Origin: Babesia bigemina
Taxonomy: Eukaryota
Length of the DNA: 64,000 nt
Direction of reading: 5' to 3'
Assembly: GCF_000981445.1 (NCBI RefSeq)
Contig: NC_027216.1
Span: forward strand, 620,001 to 684,000
Below, in pieces: positions 10,538-21,402 of this stretch. The number at the start of each line of letters is the position of its first letter. Position 1 is the stretch's first letter. The notes below the pieces were generated by a model that ran no database searches, was not told the DNA's origin, and saw only the letters and a list, made by a program, of their open reading frames with translations. The position numbers and the translations under genes are program-made.

Positions 10538-11749
10538 TTACTGGGGGCCCTCGAGGCTCAAGTACGTCGACTCCGACGTCTCGTACAGGTCCATGAACGT
10601 GATGTGGTTTAACTCCAGATAGTGTTGTACATGACGGCGCATGCCGCTGTAGCTCTGCTTGAGGGAGAACTCGAGTTGCGTGAACACCTTCATCTCCGAC
10701 GCGAAGATGGCGGTGGGCGTGATGGAACGGTCGCGGCACAGGTAGGCTATGACATCGTTGACCGCGGTGTGCTCACCATCCTGGTTGAACTTGTAGGCGA
10801 TGACGAGGCACGTGGCGGCGTACAGCCTGCGGTTCTGCTTAGTGACGACGCCCTTTATCACCAGCCTGCATGGCAATGTAAAGGCCGCCGACAGAACCTA
10901 CCGTTCGAACAGGATCCACGCGGAAAATACCGTGGACGGGTCCAGATGGTGCACGAAGCGAGGAGCGAGGAACATTGTGAGTTTGATGCGGCTGAGCTTG
11001 GTGAGCGATAGCGTCGGGTGCAGCCACTCGTTGTCCAAGCGGAAACGCGAGTTGATCTCCGCGAAGTCCGAAATCTCAACAGACAAGACCTCCGGAGCGT
11101 CGAACACATCGGAGTTGCCAGGGCTCGCGTTGCCGCACGCTCTGGCCTTGACAATGCCGTAGTGCAGCGGGATGTTCATGAAGTTCGGGTTGTAGGTGTC
11201 CTGGCTGGGGATGATGAGCTCCGCGTAGCTGATGTAGAACTTCTTGCGTCGCTGCGTCTCCCGGTTCTCGAGGCCCATGTGGTGGTTGTCAGGCGCCGCC
11301 AGGATGTCCGACCGCCGGTCGCGGTAACGGCGCCACATGTTGGCGATGTGCGACTGCCAGCGCATCAACCGCATCCGGGTCTTCGACACGCCAAGCTCCT
11401 CCTCCTGCTGGTGCCCGTCGCTGTTGCTGCGACGGAAGCTCCTGCCCTCGTCCCCATCGACGGTGTACTGGCGCTCGATACGCTCCTCCTCGAGCTCGAT
11501 GATGCGGTCCTGGTCGAGTGGGTAGCTCTCATACGGAGTCCCCGGAACATAGCTGTCGTTGTACGTCGGCATTCGCGATAGGCTCGAATCACACGTCCTG
11601 CGAGAGACGTGCGGAATCCCAGTCAGGAAGGCCACAGCGACATTGGTCGACAGGTTCGCGGTCTTCAGCGATGTGAACCGCAGATCCGTCAGCAACTCCT
11701 GGAATTCGGTGAGCGAATAGTCGTCGATGTGGTTGGATTGGCGACGCAT
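10538..11749 (-). CDS. Cyclin-box protein of CABLES type, 2 exons
   Basis: HPTLSLTKLSRIK and, across intron 10866-10901, STVFSAWILFERLVIKGVVTKQNRRLYAATCLVIAYKFN...EMKVFTQLEFSL. Confidence 0.8.
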
Positions 11750-12362
11750 GGTGCCGAGCCGATGGCTCCGAACGGAACACAGGCCTGCGTTGGACGCTTA
11801 AGTAGTGAGAACTGCTTTTCAGCAGCCGACGCTATACGTCGAGTGAATTATCGTCAGAATATGCGCGGAAAATGGCTAGCATTAAGGATGTGTCAGAATC
11901 GTCTTGGCAAGCACCTGACCGCCCTTCACCGTTGCCCGGCGTATGTGACAACGGGCGGACTGTAGACAGCGTGAAATGTGTACAAAATGCAGTCCGTATT
12001 TGTTATATCAGGTCACATTTACAAAGTGTGAATGAATCCGCGATCGAAGGGAGGTTGTCTCACGGATCGATTCCTTCCACCGTCGCGGCCGACCGCCTTT
12101 GGAGGCGGCGCTGCAGCTGTACGCGGCAGATCACCCCGCACATATTACAAAGTCCACACGGATTTAGACTTGTTATTCGTATAATAGCGTCGGCGTCGCA
12201 GATCACCGCTGTCCAGCAGGTGAGGACAACTATCGCGATGGGCGCTCTGCACCGGTGACGGCAAAGGACACCGGAGGACGCCACGCAACACACCTATACG
12301 GGAATCCACGCTCTGTCTAGCGTGCAACCACTTATACGGCCGGAATCGTGTGTGCGGTCAAA

Positions 12363-13295
12363 ATGCCTTACGTCGAAGAACGAACAAACAAAACGAAGTC
12401 GTTCGACGGCAACTTCCATAACGCTCATGGCTCCATGTTCGGCAGAAAGCCCGGGAGCATATGGCGAGACCATAATTCCCAGATACGTGTGCAAGATACA
12501 CCGGAAAACAGGACGTACCACGTGCAAGGGCCGTCGTCGGATGAAGGGAGCAGACGTTGGACACAAGTGGAATGCCACAATCCACATCGCCGCACGCCGA
12601 ATTACCGATCTGTGAGCACGCCCAGGGGTGGATATACCAGCAGCGTATGGTCCGACGATGCTCCCCGTTCATACCACGCGGTCGGAAGCTCGAATGCTTC
12701 CGTGACGCGCAAGCATGATTGGATTGTTTCGAGCACCGCATCAAGTCACAACACACGCAATCGCTATGGGAAGCCGCACAGCTACACATATACGCAGCCG
12801 CACGAGAGGAATGAGGGTAAATTCGTAGGTGAGGACCCCTTCGCCTCGGACGACGAGGGCTACCCGCCGACCTCAACCCACGAAAGGAGACGTTACGTTT
12901 CACCAAATAAGAAGCCTGCCATATCGGCAAGCTCCGACGGGTGCTTCACGAGCAGAGACTTTGCTACGTGGGCCTCTAACGATGAAGCCGGGGAGAGTCA
13001 GTCCACGCACCTTTCGAACTCACACCATTCCACTCCGCGCAGAACCAAGCGCACCAACAGAAAAGCGCAGGAAGAGACGACGAGTATATCAGCGCAGATC
13101 AAGCTGGGATTCCAGAAGGTTAAGGCGTTCGTGAGCAACGCATTTCAGAAACTGAAGGAGCGCATCACCCCTATCTGCGCCGGACGTCGCTGGAGACCGC
13201 GCAGCAGTAGCGGTACCGACTCCAAGGCGCCGATCAGCAACGAGGCGCTGCTGAAGTGTGACACCTACAGCCATTCCTTTGAGTTCGGCCGCTGA
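12363..13295 (+). CDS. Hypothetical, largely disordered S/R/T/H-rich protein (about 310 aa)
   Basis: ATG at 12363 and a long ORF occupying the space between two clear genes. Amphipathic-looking helix IKLGFQKVKAFVSNAFQKLKE near the C-terminus. Confidence 0.65.
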   Translation: MPYVEERTNKTKSFDGNFHNAHGSMFGRKPGSIWRDHNSQIRVQDTPENRTYHVQGPSSDEGSRRWTQVECHNPHRRTPNYRSVSTPRGGYTSSVWSDDAPRSYHAVGSSNASVTRKHDWIVSSTASSHNTRNRYGKPHSYTYTQPHERNEGKFVGEDPFASDDEGYPPTSTHERRRYVSPNKKPAISASSDGCFTSRDFATWASNDEAGESQSTHLSNSHHSTPRRTKRTNRKAQEETTSISAQIKLGFQKVKAFVSNAFQKLKERITPICAGRRWRPRSSSGTDSKAPISNEALLKCDTYSHSFEFGR

Positions 13296-13494
13296 CGGTG
13301 TGCCGAGGGCGGGCGCTACCAGCCGTTTACAGCATCATCGTATGGCGAAACGTGCAGTTTAATTTTTTATTCCATTTACGCTGATATGCACCTGATGTGT
13401 GCTCCCGTGTGGCCCTTTAGTGCGGGTGGCTGTCGGCTGTGATAGGCGCCGATGTTGTCTGGTTTTGCCTCGTCCACGTCGAGAATATTCGCAA

Positions 13495-14478
13495 ATGCAG
13501 CTGTATATACAGAGCTTCCTTTCGTATAGGCGCTTGCCATGTAGTTGGCTGCTGCCAGGCGGGTCGCCGGTTCCCGGGTACTGCCGGGCAAACAGCACCT
13601 ATCGCAGAGTGCCGCTGCCACTTGGAGGCATTACTGGCAGCGTATACAACACGTTGCCGTATAGCAACGATGCTGATTGCTCGGGAGAGGTGGTCGGAGG
13701 CGCGTGGGCGCTCATTCAGCGTCGCGGACCCAAAATTGTAAAGCCACGAGACACCATACGCTTCTGGAAGATACGAGTGGGCGACAAGGTAACTATCCAG
13801 TAACGCAGCTGCATTGCACGCAGGTTACCGTGATAAGCGGCAAGGAGAAAGGGAAGTCGGGGGAGGTGCTAGCATGCGACAAGTTGCGTAACCAGGTAAA
13901 GGTGAAGGGATGCAACATGGTGGGCGTTACGACGGTCTCTGATAACACGACTCAGAGGAGGCTGGTAGTGGACGGTCAAGTGGCGCACATCGAGAAGAAG
14001 ATCCACTACTCCAACGTACAGCTCGTGGATCCGTTGCTGAAGTACGTTGGTGCGCTTCATGCTCTCAACCTGTCGCAGCTGCGCGACCAGGGTGGCCATC
14101 AGGTTCAGCGGAAGCAACGAGCCATGTAAGAAACGACATAATACCGCCCATCTAACGGCACGCAGTGCGCGTTTCCAAGAAGTCGGGGTATGTCATCCCC
14201 TGGCCTGAAGAGGTGAGTTCGTTCGCCGCCATCGTGACTAACGTTTGCGCAGAAACCCGACGAAGAAAAAGGTACCGCTGGTGAACGCCGCATTCATAGC
14301 GCCGCGCAGAAATCATCGAGGGCGAGAAGGACACCGCGCCTGAGGTTGCTCTGGAGCGCACGTACAACTACGAAGCGGTGAGAATGGCCGACCATGTGCC
14401 GAAATCACACCCCCTCAGGACGTGCAGTCCATGAAACTGCTCCGCCAGGCCATGCAAAAGTACAATAGAGAAATTTAA
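13495..14478 (+). CDS. MRPL24: Mitochondrial ribosomal protein uL24m, multi-exon (start uncertain)
   Basis: IRFWKIRVGDK|VTVISGKEKGKSGEV KOW motif, EKKIHYSNVQLVDP, VRVSKKSGYVIPWP, GEKDTAPEVALERTY. Stop TAA at 14476-14478. Confidence 0.9.
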
Positions 14479-14480
14479 TA

Positions 14481-17373
14481 TCACTTGTTGTTACCCATCA
14501 GCTTACTCGCAAATGACTCCCTAGGTTGCACTCTGCTGTTATCAGGAGCCTGCGCCTGATGCTTCATAAACGCCTTTAAGGTCATGGTGCTACCTTGTTG
14601 CGAAGGTGTTCCAGTCAGTTTTTTCCGCGGCTTCGTGGCCTTCTCCACGCCGAGGGCCAGAGAGGGGAAGTCTTCGGACGCCACGGGGGAGGGCTCAGCA
14701 ACGCTGTCGGCCACCTTCCACCCAGGAGAGGGCTTGGGCACATCGGGCGAGGCAGCGGCCTTGGGCGCCTCCTTAGGAGCGCTTTGAAGCTTCTGCTTCT
14801 CCATTATGTCCAGCAAAGAATCCACCTTAAGCTCGTCAGGCTTGTTCCACCGGTGGCTGGAGATTTGCGGCGACTCGTTAGTCGGCGCCTCAGCCTCAGC
14901 AGCGACCGGCTCCTCTGAGTTCTCCGTAGTCGGCGCCGTGACAACGACATTGGGGGTCTCAGGGGCCTGTTGTTGAGTTGTGGTACTTGGTGTCTCCGGG
15001 CTGTACCCTACCGGGTTCTCCACGAAGGCTCGGGAGGTTACGGGGTAGAGTTCCCTGAATGGCGTCCACTGCATACTCTGGTTGTAGCGCATCTTCAGGT
15101 TGGGGTTGAAGAAGTTGTTGATGTACCACGTGTACATTTGCTTTGAAGAAAACGGTCCATGCACCAGCCCGTGGAAATCCATGTATTGCCATTGCAGGTC
15201 AATGGTCTTGGGAATGGGTTGGTTAGGCTGCGGTTGCAGCTGAAGTGGCAATTGAGGATGCATCGTTAAGTGTAGACTCGCATGCAGCGATGAGGGAGAT
15301 TGCATCTGGAACGGCAGTGGTGTTTGGCTCTTCGGACCCATCGGCGGCTTTATCTGCGGGTGTGACTTCAACGGGGGTTGGATCTTTAACGGTAGCTGAA
15401 GTTTGCTCGGCGGTTGTGACTTCAGTGGCTGCAGCTTGTGCGACTGCAGCTTTAACTGGTGAAGTTTGCTCGGCTGGTGCGACTTTAACTGTTGAGTCTT
15501 GCTTGGAAGGTGCGACCTCAAATGATGCTGAGACTTCAACGGTATATGGGACTTCAGCTTGTGATGCATATTTAGCGATCCATGAGAATGCCCGTGTCTA
15601 CCGTGCATCTGTGCCTGCAATTCACTTTGCAGGTGCGACTGTAGGATGAGATGGGACTGCAACTGCGTTTGGACCTCCCTTCGCGGTTGACTGTGCAAAT
15701 GCTGCTCCGCACTCAACTGCAACGATTTCTGGAACTGGGCAGTTGCTTCGGCTATGGAAGATTCCAAAGCGGCGTCGCTGTTGTCGAAGGACTTGTCCAA
15801 AAGACGTTCCAAAAATGAGATGCTGTTGCTGCTGCTTTTCAACAGCGGCGAAGAGAATACATCATCAGCCTTTATAGACGTCTTCATATCCGACGCCGTA
15901 GAAGACGGCCACGGCGAAGAATCAGAGGTCCTGCCTCCGGTTGGTTGGGCTTGCGCCGCAGACGCCGCAAGAGCAGTGTATTGTAGCAGCTTCTGGTCCG
16001 CGCTCTCCACCGTGCTGTACGGGTCCGACATCATCATGCTGTTGTTAAAGTGGACATCCGCGGAAGGCCTGTGCATCGTGTGCCTTTCCAGTCCTAAGAG
16101 CAGGGCATCAGTGTCTACCTGCCCGCCGTCAAATTGAGGGTAGTGCTCGGACATGTCGAAACGATCCTGCTGGCTTTGCTCTTGTAAAAGCGATTGCATC
16201 GACATCTCTGCCGCCCCGTGCAGACCCGAGGTGCCAGCAGACGAAGCGAACGGTGACGCACGTGGCTTGAAATGCTCCAAGCCCTTCAGATGGAAGTCCG
16301 GTTCACCATCCAACAAACCCAGTCCATCCGACCCCTTGAACCTGTCGAAACCAAATTTGGATTCGCTTCTCATGGGGTTGCTCTCGTATGTCTTCCAGCG
16401 GGGGGGACCGTCGGTGAAATGGGAGTCCCCGTCATGCAAATCGCCCCTCTTGGGGTAGTCCGACAGATCGTATCCCTCGCGTCCCAACAGGAAACTCTCC
16501 TTGCCTGAAAAAACGTGTGGAAACTATTAGTCGAAAATTCAACCAACCTTTGGGTATGCGCTGGTCGAAGTAGCTGCGCCTCTGGCCTGATGCAATGTGC
16601 ATGGATTTAGGACCACCCTCACCTTGATCAAACAACGACTGAGCCGTCTGAGCGTACAAGCCCATCAACCCTTCGCGATGGCCGTGCACGGTATCGCGAG
16701 CACCCGCGGAGTGCTGCGTGAAAGAGTGCGACGGCAGGAACTTAAGCTTGGGCGCCGCACTATCCACAACACTGATACCTTGCTCAGTGCTGATCCGCTG
16801 AATATTAAACATCAGATGCAGGAGATAGAGCTTGTCGTATATGGCCTCGGAAGCAGCCTTCTGTTCGGCATCGGCCGGAATTTCGAGTTTCAATTGTGGC
16901 TTCGGCGGCTCCGACCTGCTAGCGGCCGGTGTGACAGTAACGGACGTGTGTGATTGCAGGAATTCTGTTAATGCCGCTATGTCTGCCAACGGCTTGCTCT
17001 CAGGCGGCTGCCTGAAATCGGGGAAACGCCTGTGCTCTGCCATGGGCTTCGAGGAAGTGAACGGTCTTCGTTCCCCAAATGACTTAAGATCCGCAGCCAA
17101 CTTCAATTCAGTAAAAACCTTTGTGTCCGCAGAAGCCCTAGGCTCGTCAATGCTTCTTCGCGCCTCTAACAATCTCTGAAACCCTTTGACGCTGTCCTCG
17201 GAGGGCACGTTACGGTGAAGAGACACGGAACGCTGGGGCACAGGTGCATCTATCACAGCAGCTTCACCGTCGGGTACATGGCCCGCAGACCCATCGCTAC
17301 GGCTGGTAGGGTCACTTCTTGCTGACTTGGCGAAAATACCGGCGATTCCGCCAAAGGGCCGAGGGTGGAACAT
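14481..17373 (-). CDS. GYF-domain protein with long low-complexity regions, 2 exons
   Basis: WQYMDFHGLVHGPFSSKQMYTWYINNFF is a GYF domain. ORFs 16432-17373 and 14481-16487 join in frame through intron 16505-16547. Confidence 0.85.
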
Positions 17374-17795
17374 CCTTGGATGCTTATGCGGTCGCCGGTG
17401 GCGCCAAACACATCACGCAGCCCACCACAACCAAGCTGTAAAACGTAACCGGCGATAACACTGTTGGTGAAACGGAGCCAAGCTTGGACGACGCGACGGC
17501 ACACAAGCGACCTATGACGTCCCGCGAAAGAAATCACGGTACAGCGACTACAGTTGAGTGAGTTTGATTATATTGCGAATAATTGAACCGGTAGGACAGT
17601 TTTCATAAGTTAGTTTGTACGATGCGGGGCCGTGGCCTGACTCCAGAAGCGTCAAGCTGTCGGCCGGACACCCCATACGTGTGTGTTTCACGGTGACCGT
17701 GGCTTTCGGAGTAGTCGAAAACTGCGATATATTTGCGGCAGGAAGCGCGGACCCTTTAGGCCTGAGGCGTGCTTGGGGTCGACGGAGCGACCGGG

Positions 17796-18759
17796 TCATT
17801 GTTTGTAGTTCTGCCACGAGGCAGCGATCTCCTCGTCGGCTTTGGCTATGCTGTCTTCTATCTCGCGAATGATGCCCTCGTAGTGTTCTATCATGTTGCG
17901 ATCTTAGAAAGCTTTGCGGACCGTGTTTGCGCACCTACCGTAGTGAAGACGCTCCTCAGCTGACATGGAATCCAAAGTTTTCTGGACAATGACGAAGCGG
18001 TTGTGTCTGTTCTGCCTGTTACACATTAGTCACTTAGATGCCTGTTACTCACTTAGAGGTGTCCATGGCGGCGGAGCGGACCCGTTCCAGGCTTGAGCAG
18101 GGAGAGCGAATCTGGTTGATGGCGTCCCTCAAACCTGGAAACGTTGACCCTTGCAGGGAGGGTGTTTCACAAACCTTCAATGTGAGCGAGTGTGCTGGCT
18201 GCGCGCTTGGTGTCGTCCTCGTTCTTCGCGACGAGGACGATTGGCTGCCCGGCCAGATCTGAACGGGTATGACACAATATTAAGACTGACTTACGAGGGT
18301 ACCTCGCGTCATGTTCCAACCGCAACGTCTTGCCTATTGCAGCAATCTTTTTCAGCAGTTCGCGCTTCCTTTCGCGCAACTCGTTGGCCCTGTCTACTTT
18401 GGCGTGACCTATTGCCTTGCTTATGTCTTCCCGTTCCCTGACGCGCTGTGAGAAAGTCGAGGCCAGGAAACGCACTTAGTGATGTTGTCGAGGCTTTTGC
18501 GCGACTCGTCAACGACTTCGGCGCTTTTTGCAACCTTCTCGCCTGCCTCAGAAAGCTCCTTCTTCAGGGCGGTGTCGTGGATGATGTCGCGAATCTCGGT
18601 TTCAGGATCGGCTGCCTTCTCCGACTTGGGGTCTCCAGAAACTGTGCGGTGGACTTCGGCTGCACTGTTCGCTGCGTTGGCGATTTCGCAGCTGGTTTTC
18701 TGTGCTACGTGTGCCGCCAACAGTGCGAAGAGTGTGTAGACGCAGGCAGTGCCTAGCAT
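17796..18759 (-). CDS. Hypothetical secreted, charged helical protein, about 6 exons
   Basis: Signal peptide MLGTACVYTLFALLAAHVA. Five short GT-AG introns give a continuous frame ending IEDSIAKADEEIAASWQNYKQ, stop TGA at 17796-17798. Confidence 0.7.
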
Positions 18760-19083
18760 TGCTGCCTACGTTGTATGTAGCATTATATTACTTGAAATGC
18801 GATACACGGTCGCATGGGTGGGAATAGGGGCGCTTAAGGCACGCATGAGGCTACACATCACTATACGACTCCCATGGGCGCTGTTGCGGGGCAAGCGCAG
18901 TTATATTGGGTTACTTACAAATATTAAGAAACGTTTTGCTCGGTACACAGTCGTTCCTCAACATATAACTCAGCAGGCGCTGATTTGAGACGCTGCGCTG
19001 AGAAAAGGCGAACACAGGGTCACATCTTCAGCCGGCCTGTACTCGCAGCGCTCGATGAGCCGCCAAATGAGTTCAGGGACACT

Positions 19084-20185
19084 CTAATAAGAGAAGCAGC
19101 CCTCGTCAGAAACGGTTAATGTGCTCCAAATCGACCTCACGCCCAGCGGTTGGTCCCTGACGTGCCTGAGAGGTTACGGGACGACAGGCGAAATCACCCA
19201 CCACTTCACCAACAGTGTCACGCCGTCATTCATCATTGAAGCCTTGCCTGGCACAAGCTCGTGTCACGCAAACATTTTCGTCGCTTACTGTGCTCCGTTT
19301 TGATGAATACGTTCGTAACGTTTTCTCTGGGAATAGTTTGCGGTATCCTCTGTTACCCGTAAGATGACACAGATGAGACAAACCTCCGGTTTGCGGTATA
19401 TGGCGCCGCTTAGAAGTACGTCCTCGACTTCAACGTCCTGCCTAACTACGGCAATTAGAAGAAGGCTGAACACAACGGTCAGACCTACCATCCCTGTTCG
19501 TCAGCGTCACCAAGACCAGATTGTCTTTGAGGGCGGTTTCGATTCCTAAGATCTCCCGTACGATGACTTCGCCCACCAAGGTGAATGGAGTCAGTTGGCA
19601 GCCAGCATCGACCTTAGGGTTGACGTACGCGATGAGCGGCAGAGACATGCCCAGCATATTGTTGCTCAAAGCTGCGGCATATCTGGGACAACGTCGTGCA
19701 CCATACCTGCTGTGTCCATTGTTGCGTGAATAACATAATGGTCAGTATTGCTGCCAACAATGGTGCGCTTGTGTGATATTGCGTCGGAAGCAAGCGTGTC
19801 CAATCTTGGAGATTGCGCGACGCCACCGTCACCTTCATCATGCGGGATGTCAACGCTCACCTCCAGCGCGCTGTATTTAGACTTCCACGCATCTTTTGAC
19901 TCAACTGCAGCAGTTGGGCGTATAAGTACACCTATTGACAGAGTTGAACCTGAGGAAAGCTCATATAATACAACGTCATCACGCACCCTGCATAACGTGA
20001 ATGGGCACACTCTTCGCCGCGTCTCTAGGCCAGCTGTCATCAAGCACAGTTCTATCGCCGGCATCATGTTCTGAATTTATAGAATTGGCGTGTGAAAGCC
20101 TTCCTTCTAAGACATCCGCCGACTTGATGTGTATTAGTGAAAATTCCGCGTCATCGGTGCAAAACGTCCATTTATTCGCGGTCAT
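19084..20185 (-). CDS. Hypothetical protein, about 7 exons
   Basis: ATG 20185 (MTANKWTF). Successive ORF fragments are joined in frame by short GT-AG introns, ending VSDEGCFSY, stop TAG at 19084-19086. No family recognised. Confidence 0.6.
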
Positions 20186-21402
20186 TATGGGCAAGGACCG
20201 TCATAATGAAATCTGCTAGTATCTTTACAAATGTTTCACGGTACAGATCCTGTACTGTGCATCCTGGGCATACCGGTGTCGTACTGCAGGCGTAGGCACA
20301 CAACGGTCAGTAACTACGCGTATACACGTATTGTGAATGCACAGCTAGCAATCTTGCCATACAGTGGCATTATCGATGTAGTGTTGTCCGCAGAAGCATG
20401 TGCTGAACGCTTTTTGTCTACTAAAGTGGCATACAGCACACGACCGCATTATGGAATAAAATGAGCTGAAACATATCGCTATATCCGTTTAAATCATGAC
20501 GTAGGTTTACACAGGTTTGAGGACAATCAACTGTCATTATACATGTTGTCATTCGAAGTTACCCGTATCAGTGGTGATTGGGTATTTGAATTTAAATAAG
20601 GGTGTAGTACATAGGGAACACCACAGGAACTGTCATCAGCAGCAGCATCTTTTACCGCGGTTGCAATATGTCAGAGTATGGCGTATAATGGCAAACCTTG
20701 CAAATATACTCTGCTAAGTTTATTTTAAACTGTGAAATGGCAGCTTATGCCGCAATGCTACAGTGGGTTTGGAACGCGTTAGCTCGTTTACCCGGCTAGA
20801 GAAACTTTTTGTTGGTGCATAATTCGTCTGTGTGGCTGCCGGATGTATTAGTTGGCACATCTAACACGCGTTACGTGGCGTATCCGGCACTACACGAGGC
20901 TGATAAACGCAAGATTCATAACATTGCAGAACATCGCTATGTTCGAATCTCTATGGAAAACTATAATCATGTATATTCATGACAGCAAATACGATAAAAT
21001 ATTAAATTTCAAAGTGGACATCAGTAGAGGTTTTAAAACGCCTTGCGATAAAAGATGTCCTAAATATCAGTAACGGATGACGCGGAACTTTGCCAAGCGT
21101 TCACCTCTCACATACCCGACCAGACCTAAAACAGCAGAGTGATGTATAAACTGCGGCGCTACACACAATGTCTGTCGAGTATACATACATTGAAGCGTGT
21201 GGCGTTGGAATGGAAAGCCGCTAGCCTTCATCCCGAATACAATTCGGGAGATTCCAAGAAGTGTGTTTGCCTGATCTGCTGTACGTAGTGTAGTCGATGA
21301 AGGGTGTAACCACAAAACTTGATAACACTACATTTTAAATTAAAAATACATCTTCCGAATTCGTACGGTAAACCCTCAGCCGACAACGAACGCTACATTC
21401 AG

